Source of the DNA: Archangium sp.
Lineage (GTDB): Bacteria; Myxococcota; Myxococcia; Myxococcales; Myxococcaceae
Direction: 5' to 3'
Length of the DNA: 32,900 nucleotides
Assembly: GCA_031367385.1 (NCBI GenBank)
Contig: JANLPS010000254.1
Coordinates: 1-32,900, forward strand
Positions 9,395 to 17,272 of the stretch are shown piece by piece (positions within the stretch are counted from its first letter, which is position 1; each line of letters starts with the position of its first letter). Below the pieces are notes generated by a model. That model had not been told where the DNA came from and did not search any database. It saw nothing but the letters and a program-made list of their open reading frames with translations. Position numbers and translations under genes: made by a program.

Positions 9395-12300
9395 GACGAT
9401 TTTCCACCCTGGCCCAAGATGGTGACGAGCTCCTCGAGGGTGGTCACGCCGCCCACGTTCGGTGAAGAGACCCCCAACCGCCCGGCCAACGCCTTCGCGA
9501 GCCTCTGCTTCTCGGTCTCTGACAACCCGAGCTCGGCGAGGCTCATCGACAACAGCGTCGAGCGCACGGTCTGCGGCGAAGCGGCGGGCGCGGGAGCTTG
9601 GGCCGTCGGGGCCGGGGCCTGAGCGGCTGGAGCACTCGTCGCAGGGGCCCGCGCGACGACGTACTCGATGTATTTCTGCAAGGTGTTGTACTCGCGCAAC
9701 ACGAAGGCCGCGTCGCGGGCGATGCCGAACTGTTCACGCGTCTTGGCGAAGATCTCGACCTGCTTGACGGTGTCGATGCCGAGGTCAGCCTCGAGATCGA
9801 GGTCGAGGCCGAGCATCTCGGCGGGGTAGCCGGTCTTCTTCACCGTGTGCGAGATCAACGCGGCCTGCACCGCGGCAGCGAGACCTCCGCTGGCCCCGAC
9901 GCTGGTGATGCCTGACTTCGGCGTCAGCCGGCTGGGCGAGGAGGCAGTCGTCGTCACGGCCGGTGAAGGCACCGCCACCACGCCCGAGCCCGAGGAGGCC
10001 ACCGGCTTGGTCGTCGTCGAGCGGGTCTGCTCACCATGCGCCACGATGCGATCGCGAATGTGCTCGATCACCTTCTTGATGGTGTTGAAGTCACGCAGCG
10101 ACAGGTTCGGGTCGCGAGGTACTCCGAAGTGCTCGCGGGTCTTCGAGAAAATTTCGACCTGCTTGACGGTGTCGATGCCCAGGTCGGCCTCGAGATCGAG
10201 GTCTTCGGTGAGCATCTCGGCGGGGTACCCCGTCTTGGCGACCATGTTCGCAAGCAGCACGCGGCGCACATCGGTCTCCAACGTCTTCAGATCCACTGGT
10301 TTCCTTTCGTCGGGCTTCTTGCCCGTCATCAACTGCTCGACCAGGGCCACGATGCGATCGAAGGTCGACACATCGTCGGCCGACGCACCCGAGGTATCAA
10401 CTCCAAACCGCGCCCCCAACGCCGCGGCCATCTTTCGGGCGGTGCCGGGGTCGAGCACGGTCTCGAGGGGCAGCTCGAGCAGCGCGGTCTCGGCGCTCCG
10501 GCCCGGCGCGGGTGTGTCGGAGGGTTGAACCACTGAGAGTCGGGGCATGCGGTCTCCAGAAGCAGGTGCAGAAGATGTGGAAATGGGAGGGGAAGGCTTG
10601 GCGCTCTCGAGCTGATGAACCCGACAGAACGCGAGGAGGCGGTTGAACTGTTCGAGCTCGCCGATCTTGGGGTGAATCGAGGCCATCGCTCCGTGCGGCA
10701 GCGCCTTGAGGGTCTCGCGAGCGAATTGGGTGAGCGACCACTTCGGGCCGGCTTCGAGAAAGACGCGGGCCCCTTGGCGATGCGCCAGCACCAGCGCTTG
10801 TCGCAAGAGCACCGGCTGCACGAACTGCGAGGCAAGAAACGCGGGCATGTTTCTCGCGTTCTTGGGGTCATACAGCTGCCCATCGATGGTCGAGATGACC
10901 GGTAGGCGCGGCGCCGAGAACGTGAGGCTCTCGAGCGTGTGGCGGTAGGTCGGCCTGGCATCGGCGATGAGCTTCGAGTGGTACCCATGCGAGACCGCCA
11001 ACGTCGTCGCCTCGATGCCCTTCTCACTGGCCCGCGACAGCAACGCCTTGAGCGCCGCCTTGTCAGCCGAGACGATGCAGGCCTTGGGGCCATTGTCAGC
11101 GGCCAACGCCGAATACCCGGGTAATTTGAAGAGCAAGGCCGGCACGTCTTCAGACGAGCACGAGAGGGCGACCATCACGCCGGGGTCTTGGGTCTTCAGC
11201 GAGAGCACCGCGGCGGTTCGAGCGTGAATGGCCGTGAGCCCGTCTTCGAAGCTGAGCGCTCCGGCGACGACCAGCGCCGCCAATTCGCCAGCGCTTTGGC
11301 CGATCAGCAGAGCGGGTCGCAGGTCGAGCGACTCGAGCACCCGCGCCAACGCCACGTTCACCGCGAACACCGCCGCGTGCGCGTCTTCGTCTGCCTGGGC
11401 GAAGGTCTCGGGCGCATCGGTGAAGAAGCTCGAGGTCAGCGTTCGACCGGCCAGCCGCTGGTACACCGCGTCGGCCTCGTCGAGCGTGCGCTGCGCGACC
11501 GGGTAGGCCGCCGCCAGCGGGCGAAGCATGTTGGCGTACTGCCCACCCTGCCCGGGAAACATCAACGCGATCGGCGCTTTGCGCAGCGCAGAGGTGGCTT
11601 CACCAACGAAGATGCCCGTCTGCTCGAGAAAGTCGGGGCTTGCTCCAGACTTGAGCGCGGTCTTGAGCAGCCCGGTCTTCTTGAGGCCCTCTTCCTTCGA
11701 CTTCGCGGTCAAAGCGACGGCCACCGCAGCTGAAGCAGCAGACAACGCCTTCGCGCCGGAAGCCCAGTGTGCATCGAGGGCGCCAATCGCCTCAGCAACG
11801 GTGGCGCCACCCGCCTCAAAGACGGTCGAGACCGGCTCTGCGACCCGGGGGCGGTACTGCTCGATGATCGCGTGGTAGTTCGCTCCGCCGACGCCGAACG
11901 CGCTGACCCCGGCTCGCCGCGGCCCGCCTGACGGCCCATGAGCCCACGCGCGCTGGGTGCGAACGACTTCGACAGACGCCGGTATCTTCGGGTTCGGCGC
12001 CGTGCACTTGATCGACGCGGGGATGACGCCGCTCTCGACGGCCAGGGTGGCCTTGACCATGCCGGCGACTCCGGCGGCGGCGTTGAGGTGGCCGATGTTC
12101 GATTTCACCGAGCCGATGCTGATGACCCCCACCCGGCCCTCGCCGTAGGCGTCACCGACCGCGTTCGCTTCGACAACATCTCCGAGCGCGGTGCCGGTAC
12201 CGTGGCACTCGACGTACTCGACGCTGCCAGGCGCGATGTTTGCCAATTTCAACGCGCGCTTCATCGCCAGGCCTTCACCCGCCCGGCTGGGCGCCAACAC

Positions 12301-14658
12301 CGAGCGGCCCTTGCCGTCACTCGAGCCGCTGACCGACCGCACCACCGCGCGAATCTCGTCTTTGTCGCGCTCGGCGTCGGCCAGGCGCTTGAGCACCACG
12401 ATGCCCGCTCCCTCGCCGGGTATGAAGCCGTCGGCCCTCGCGTCGAAGGGAAAGCTGCCGTGCGATGACAGCGCGTTGAAGCGGCAAGCGGCGATGAAAA
12501 ATTCGGGGCGCATGTCGCACCACACCCCACCGGTCAACACCACGTCGGCCTGGCCGTGCGAGAGCATCTTCGAGGCGGCGTGGAGCGCGGCGTGGGCGCT
12601 CGCGCAGGCGGCGTCGACCACGAAGTGCGGCCCATGAAAGTCATACAGCGAGCAGATGCGGCCCGCGTTGAGGCTGCCCAGGTACCCGGTCAGCGTGTCT
12701 TCGGTGATCTGAGGCAACGGTTGTTTGTAGCGAGCTTCGGCCGCCGCGATGATCGCGTCTCGCTGGGCACCAGGCACGCCGCGCTCGACCAACGCCAGCC
12801 CGAGGCTCTCTTTGAACTCGTTCCAATTCACGCGGCTGTCGGCGAGAAATTTCTTGCCCTGGTACGGCAGAAACGCGAGCGAGACCGCGACCTTGTCGTG
12901 GTTCCACGTGCCCGGCGCGAAGGCCGCGTCTTTGAGCGCCTCGTCGGCCGATTGCAGACACAGCACGTGCGACGGGTCGATCGCCTGCCACGCGGCGGGC
13001 GGTATCTTCATCGCCGCCGAGGGCAACGGCAGCGCGTCGAGAAAGCACCCGAGGTTGGTGTACGACTTGTCTTTGCGCGTCGAGCCCGGCGAGTAGTACC
13101 GATCAATCGGGTACCTGTCGGCCGGCACCGGTTGGGTGCGATCGTAGCCCTCGAGCAGGCGCTCCCAGAACTGGTCGATGTCTTTCGCGCCGGGAAACAC
13201 GCCGCCCATGCCGATGATCGCCAGCGGCTCGGCAGTGATTGATCTGCGAGACGACTTCGCCAAAGCCGGAGCCGCCGCCGGCACGAACGCCTCGAGCACC
13301 ACGTGAAAATTGTTTCCTCCGAAGCTGAAGGCGCTGACGCTGGCGCGAGGCACCTGGCCCGCCGGGTATGCGCGCTCGGTCTGCGCCACGACGAAGGGGG
13401 TTGCGTCGAGCTCGAGCTTCGAGCTGACTTTGGTCACTCCCGGAGTCGCGGGGATCTTCTGGTGATGCAACGAGAGCACCGCCTTGAGCAGCCCGGCGGC
13501 ACCGGCACCCGAACGCAGGTGACCGATGTTCGCCTTGACCGAGCCGATCGCGATGCTGCCCTTCGGCGCGCCGCCATAGACCTGGCTCAGCGCCCGCACC
13601 TCACTCGCGTCACCGACTGTGGTGCCCGAGGCGTGGCACTCGACGTAGCCGACCGAGGCCGCTTTCACCTCGGGGCCCGCGTCGTCGAAGGCCCGCTGCA
13701 TCGCCATCGCCTGCCCATCGGTCTTCGGAGCGACCAACGACTTGCCGCGCCCGTCTGACGAGCCACCCACTCCTCGAATCACCGAGTAGATGGTGTCTTT
13801 GTTGGCCAGCGCGTCATCGAGTCGTCGCAGCGCGAACAGCACCGCGCCCTCGCCCAACATCGTGCCATCGGCCGCCGCATCGAAGGGGTGCACGTCACCC
13901 GAGGCGAGCGCGCCCAGCTTCGAGAACGCGATCAACTCGAGCGGAGAGAGCAGCTCGCTGACGCCTCCGGTGACGACGAGATCGAATTCGCGATCTCGCA
14001 GACCCCGCACCGCCATGTCGACGGCCGCGAGCGACGAAGCAAACCCGGCGTCGATCGAATAGTGCGCGCCCTTCAAGTCGAAGTGCATGTTGATGCGCCC
14101 GGCCGCCACGCTTGCCGAGGCACCCACCACGTTGTCTTCGCTGACCTCTTTGAGTCGCGCCGAGAGCTTCGTGTGCGCCAGCTCGAGCACCGCGTCGCGC
14201 TCACCCGGCGAGAGCTTCTGCACTTCGGCCGTCTGCCGAACCGCGTCGACCATGTCGTCGAGGCGAATGCGCAGCCCGCTGTCTTTCTGCCACCCCAACC
14301 CCGTCGAGCCGATGATCACTCCGGTCGTCTCGGTGGGCAGATTGTTCACCCCGGTCAGCGCCTGGTACCCCGCTTCGAGCACCATCCACTGCAGGGGGTT
14401 CACCTCATTCGCATCAGCGGGAGGAATCTTGAACTTCTTCCAGTCGACCGCGAAGCCTTCGATGAACCCGCCCCGCCGCGCGTAGGTCTTGTCGGGCATC
14501 GAGCGATCAGCGTCGAAATACAGCTCGTGCTTCCACCGCTGGGCGGGCACGTCGATCAGCGACACTCTTCGAGCCAGAAGATTTCGCCAGTAGTCAGCGA
14601 CACTGAAGGCGTCAGGTAAGATGCAGCCCAATCCAACGACGGCAATCGGCTCCATCAC
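9391..14658 (-). CDS. Pfa/Hgl-like type I PKS subunit A: KS0-KS-AT-(pseudoACP)-ACP-ACP-(pseudoACP)
   Basis: KS1 has DAGFASS (Cys->Phe) with HASGT and GHL retained. KS2 has DAACASA, HGTGT, GHLNAA. AT has FPGQGGQY, GQSAG, HGYHS. Two PfaA-type ACPs, KTGYPAEML..DLDLEADLGIDTVKQVEI, separated by S/T/P/A-rich linkers. Confidence 0.92.
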   Translation of the reverse strand: MMEPIAVVGLGCILPDAFSVADYWRNLLARRVSLIDVPAQRWKHELYFDADRSMPDKTYARRGGFIEGFAVDWKKFKIPPADANEVNPLQWMVLEAGYQALTGVNNLPTETTGVIIGSTGLGWQKDSGLRIRLDDMVDAVRQTAEVQKLSPGERDAVLELAHTKLSARLKEVSEDNVVGASASVAAGRINMHFDLKGAHYSIDAGFASSLAAVDMAVRGLRDREFDLVVTGGVSELLSPLELIAFSKLGALASGDVHPFDAAADGTMLGEGAVLFALRRLDDALANKDTIYSVIRGVGGSSDGRGKSLVAPKTDGQAMAMQRAFDDAGPEVKAASVGYVECHASGTTVGDASEVRALSQVYGGAPKGSIAIGSVKANIGHLRSGAGAAGLLKAVLSLHHQKIPATPGVTKVSSKLELDATPFVVAQTERAYPAGQVPRASVSAFSFGGNNFHVVLEAFVPAAAPALAKSSRRSITAEPLAIIGMGGVFPGAKDIDQFWERLLEGYDRTQPVPADRYPIDRYYSPGSTRKDKSYTNLGCFLDALPLPSAAMKIPPAAWQAIDPSHVLCLQSADEALKDAAFAPGTWNHDKVAVSLAFLPYQGKKFLADSRVNWNEFKESLGLALVERGVPGAQRDAIIAAAEARYKQPLPQITEDTLTGYLGSLNAGRICSLYDFHGPHFVVDAACASAHAALHAASKMLSHGQADVVLTGGVWCDMRPEFFIAACRFNALSSHGSFPFDARADGFIPGEGAGIVVLKRLADAERDKDEIRAVVRSVSGSSDGKGRSVLAPSRAGEGLAMKRALKLANIAPGSVEYVECHGTGTALGDVVEANAVGDAYGEGRVGVISIGSVKSNIGHLNAAAGVAGMVKATLAVESGVIPASIKCTAPNPKIPASVEVVRTQRAWAHGPSGGPRRAGVSAFGVGGANYHAIIEQYRPRVAEPVSTVFEAGGATVAEAIGALDAHWASGAKALSAASAAVAVALTAKSKEEGLKKTGLLKTALKSGASPDFLEQTGIFVGEATSALRKAPIALMFPGQGGQYANMLRPLAAAYPVAQRTLDEADAVYQRLAGRTLTSSFFTDAPETFAQADEDAHAAVFAVNVALARVLESLDLRPALLIGQSAGELAALVVAGALSFEDGLTAIHARTAAVLSLKTQDPGVMVALSCSSEDVPALLFKLPGYSALAADNGPKACIVSADKAALKALLSRASEKGIEATTLAVSHGYHSKLIADARPTYRHTLESLTFSAPRLPVISTIDGQLYDPKNARNMPAFLASQFVQPVLLRQALVLAHRQGARVFLEAGPKWSLTQFARETLKALPHGAMASIHPKIGELEQFNRLLAFCRVHQLESAKPSPPISTSSAPASGDRMPRLSVVQPSDTPAPGRSAETALLELPLETVLDPGTARKMAAALGARFGVDTSGASADDVSTFDRIVALVEQLMTGKKPDERKPVDLKTLETDVRRVLLANMVAKTGYPAEMLTEDLDLEADLGIDTVKQVEIFSKTREHFGVPRDPNLSLRDFNTIKKVIEHIRDRIVAHGEQTRSTTTKPVASSGSGVVAVPSPAVTTTASSPSRLTPKSGITSVGASGGLAAAVQAALISHTVKKTGYPAEMLGLDLDLEADLGIDTVKQVEIFAKTREQFGIARDAAFVLREYNTLQKYIEYVVARAPATSAPAAQAPAPTAQAPAPAASPQTVRSTLLSMSLAELGLSETEKQRLAKALAGRLGVSSPNVGGVTTLEELVTILGQGGKSS
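9652..10280 (-). repeat. Tandemly duplicated ACP-coding segments (about 10050-10280 and 9652-9880)
   Basis: Near-identical peptide (KTGYPAEML..DLDLEADLGIDTVKQVEIF.KTRE.FG..RD....LR..NT..K.IE) and closely similar DNA in both copies. Confidence 0.85.
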
Positions 14659-14743
14659 GCCCCTTGGTTAACCGCGACCCAACTATTTAGGCGCTCGAAC
14701 GCGAATACGCGAGCTTGCTGACTGAGGGCTGATCAGCAGGTCG

Positions 14744-15844
14744 TCAGCTGTGAGTCGATGTCGGTTGCGCGACGCTGTGCCATCGCACCCCGTGCTGGGC
14801 CAGCAGCGCCAAGAGCGCCTGCCGATCGAAGGCCTGGAGCGGCGTCAGCACGCCGTGCCCCTTCACCTGCCCACTGTGCACCATGCGCGCAGCCTCGACC
14901 GCCAGGGTCGCACTCAACCCGTAGGGGTCGGCGCCCTGCATCGTCATTTCACGGCTGCGCCCATCGACACTTTCGGCCCTGCACCAGAGGAAGAACTGGT
15001 TCTTCTCTCGCGCCGCCTGGTCTGGCCCGAGCAGCCCCGCGCTCTTCAAGCGACGCAGCGAGGCCTCGAGCTTTTCATTCGAGAACATGGGCAACCCCTG
15101 CTCGGCCACCGGCAAGGCCGCCGGCGCCAGAGAACCCAAGCAGTGGCGAAAATGCTGCGTCTGAACGCTCCGCGGCACCAAGACCACCTCCGCCGTTGGA
15201 GCCGAGGCGACCGCGCGATCTCCGAGTGGTTGCGAGAACGACACGAGGCGCCGATGTGCGCCAATCGGCTCTTCGACCAGCGCTGAATCAACCCACGCCA
15301 AGCCGCGGGCTTCGCTCGACATCGACTGGTAGCTCTGCAGCGTGCCGTGACTCGCCACGCCGTACGTGTGACCGGTCGCGAGCTCGAGTCGATTCAACGG
15401 CCCAAGCGGCGACGCGCAGAGGCTCGCCAACAGCTCGGCGGGCACCACGTCGAAGCCCACCGAGTGCACCACGCGAAGGCCGCGGGCCTTGACCTCGGCG
15501 TCGCGGGTGAACGACGCGCGAAGGTGGGTGGCTTCTCCGCTCAGGTCGAGCAACGGCGTGCCGGCAGCCAGGGCTGCGTCGATCAACGCGGCGCCCGTCT
15601 TCACGAATGGCCCCGCGCACGCGATCACCACGGTTGCCGAAGCGAAGGCCCTCGCCAACGCGGGGGCATCGGTCATCTCAGCCTCGAAGCACGCGACGCC
15701 CAATTCGTGCGCGAGCGCCGTGAGCGCAGCGCTGGGTCGCCCCGCAATCGAAAAAGAAATCGAGCGGCGGTGGAGCGCTTCGACGATCAACCGCCCGGTG
15801 AAGCCGGTGGCGCCGTACACCAGCACCGCACCCGGCCCGGCCAC
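14744..15844 (-). CDS. Saccharopine dehydrogenase-like NAD(P)-binding oxidoreductase; candidate trans-acting enoyl reductase
   Basis: YGATGFTG Rossmann motif, CAGPF, DLSGE, GFDVVP, SHGT and DPY are typical of the saccharopine-DH-like (COG3268) family. Lies directly upstream of PKS subunit A. Confidence 0.82.
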   Translation of the reverse strand: MAGPGAVLVYGATGFTGRLIVEALHRRSISFSIAGRPSAALTALAHELGVACFEAEMTDAPALARAFASATVVIACAGPFVKTGAALIDAALAAGTPLLDLSGEATHLRASFTRDAEVKARGLRVVHSVGFDVVPAELLASLCASPLGPLNRLELATGHTYGVASHGTLQSYQSMSSEARGLAWVDSALVEEPIGAHRRLVSFSQPLGDRAVASAPTAEVVLVPRSVQTQHFRHCLGSLAPAALPVAEQGLPMFSNEKLEASLRRLKSAGLLGPDQAAREKNQFFLWCRAESVDGRSREMTMQGADPYGLSATLAVEAARMVHSGQVKGHGVLTPLQAFDRQALLALLAQHGVRWHSVAQPTSTHS

Positions 15845-15849
15845 TGGGG

Positions 15850-16425
15850 CTACCAGGTCACTCGCGCGTGGTAACTCACACCCGTGGGGTCAGGGTTGAG
15901 CACCTCGACGTTGACCTTGATGTTGCACGCGGCGCCGAGGGCGTACTTGAAGACCCCCACCGTCCACGAGGGGCCGAGGAGATCGCCGTTGGTCTCCATC
16001 ACGCCCGATTGATCGGTCTCTTTCTTATAGACTCGCTCGCCGAACGACGAGCTGGCGCGAAAGCCCGCGGGCGCGCTGAACAGCAGCTTGTGGGGGTTCG
16101 AGCTCGCCAGCATCAGCATCGTGCGGCCGACCGGTGAGTCGAAGAAGATGCGCACCGAGTTGGCGCCGAACTCTTCGAGCAACGCGACGGGGTCAGGGGC
16201 TCCTTCGACGGTGGCCTCCATGATCTTGAGGAGATCTGCCACGGGGTAGCGAAAGAAGCTCACCAGCTTTTTACCGCCGAGAATGCGGGTGCGCAGGTCA
16301 TCGGCGAACTGCTGAGACTTGAGCTGCGAGACCAGCGTCAGTGAGTTCTCCACGAACATGCCGTGAATGACGTCTTTCTGAGTGGCCAGCGTGATTCTCT
16401 GTTTGAGCGCGGCGAGGTAGTCCAA
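15850..16425 (-). CDS. DUF2378 family myxobacterial protein (TIGR02265-like)
   Basis: GMF..., SFFRYPVADLL, FFDSPVGRTMLMLA..NPHKLL...P.GFR..SSFGER. TTG start preceded by an AGGAG Shine-Dalgarno sequence. Confidence 0.8.
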   Translation of the reverse strand: MDYLAALKQRITLATQKDVIHGMFVENSLTLVSQLKSQQFADDLRTRILGGKKLVSFFRYPVADLLKIMEATVEGAPDPVALLEEFGANSVRIFFDSPVGRTMLMLASSNPHKLLFSAPAGFRASSSFGERVYKKETDQSGVMETNGDLLGPSWTVGVFKYALGAACNIKVNVEVLNPDPTGVSYHARVTW

Positions 16426-16495
16426 AAGTGTCTCCTGTCAGAGACTTTGCCTCTCTCCAGGGCCCGGCGCTACATCCTGACCGCACACCGAAGGG

Positions 16496-17272
16496 TCAGG
16501 CCATCGATTCCCCGCCATCGATGCTCAGGGTCTGACCGTGAATGGCGGCCGCGGCGTCACTGGCGATGTAGGCAACGAAGTGCGCCACTTCGATGGGCGC
16601 AATGAAGCGCCGAATCGGGTTCATCGCCGCCAGGCTCGCCCGCGCTTCTTCGAGCGACAGGCCTGCAGTCAGCTGAAGCTTCGAGGCCGACTCGGCCACC
16701 ATGTCGGTGTCGGTGAACCCCGGGCAGAGGGTGTTGACGGTGATGCCCGACTCGGCGACCTCGAGCGCGACCGCCCGGCTCAGGCCCACCAGGGCGTGCT
16801 TCGAGGCGCAGTAGGCGCTGGCGAACTTGAAGCCGACCCTGGCGCCGGTCGAACCGATGTTGATGATGCGACCCCACTTTTGACTCTGCATCGGGCCGAT
16901 GACCTCGCGCATGCACAAGAAGGCGCCGGTCAGGTTGGTGTCGAGCACCCGGCGAAACGCGGCCAGGGTCGTGTTTTGAACGACGTTCGAGTGAATCACG
17001 CCGGCGTTGTTGACCAAGATGCCGATCGGCCCCACGTCGCGAGCGACCCAGTCGAACCCCGCTTTGACCTGCGCCTCGTCGGTGACGTCGAGGCTCAAGG
17101 CCCGCGCGCTGCCCCCGGCCTCGGTGATGGCGTGCACGGTCTGATCGAGCTTGGCCTGAACCCGGCCGGCGACCACCACCGTGTGCCCCTCGCGGGCCAG
17201 CCGCGACGAGATCGCCCGGCCGATGCCCCGGCCTCCACCCGTCACGAGTGCAATTCGAGCTGCTGATTTCAC
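16496..17272 (-). CDS. Classical SDR family NAD(P)-dependent oxidoreductase (FabG/3-hydroxyacyl dehydrogenase-like)
   Basis: TGGGRGIG, NNAG, catalytic S...YCASK, CPGFTDT, GQTLSIDGG. GTGA overlap with the upstream cyclase stop. Confidence 0.92.
   Translation of the reverse strand: MKSAARIALVTGGGRGIGRAISSRLAREGHTVVVAGRVQAKLDQTVHAITEAGGSARALSLDVTDEAQVKAGFDWVARDVGPIGILVNNAGVIHSNVVQNTTLAAFRRVLDTNLTGAFLCMREVIGPMQSQKWGRIINIGSTGARVGFKFASAYCASKHALVGLSRAVALEVAESGITVNTLCPGFTDTDMVAESASKLQLTAGLSLEEARASLAAMNPIRRFIAPIEVAHFVAYIASDAAAAIHGQTLSIDGGESMA

Noticed and set aside
3132..14658. Calling the cluster a canonical PUFA synthase (pfaA/pfaC) or heterocyst glycolipid synthase
   Set aside because: Domain order and gene split differ, there is no PfaD/HglA-type ER or FabA-like DH pair, and the ACP motif is DT rather than DS. 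Gene symbols withheld.
3132..14658. Treating the PKS as a decaying pseudogene cluster because of the dead KS, DH and ACP motifs
   Set aside because: No frameshifts or internal stops, tight translational coupling, and one intact copy of each catalytic motif set is retained.
14659..14743. Palindromes GGTTAACC, GCTGATCAGC and CGCG-aata-CGCG upstream of PKS A as operator, riboswitch or terminator
   Set aside because: Short, with no U-tract and no match to an RNA family or operator I can name.
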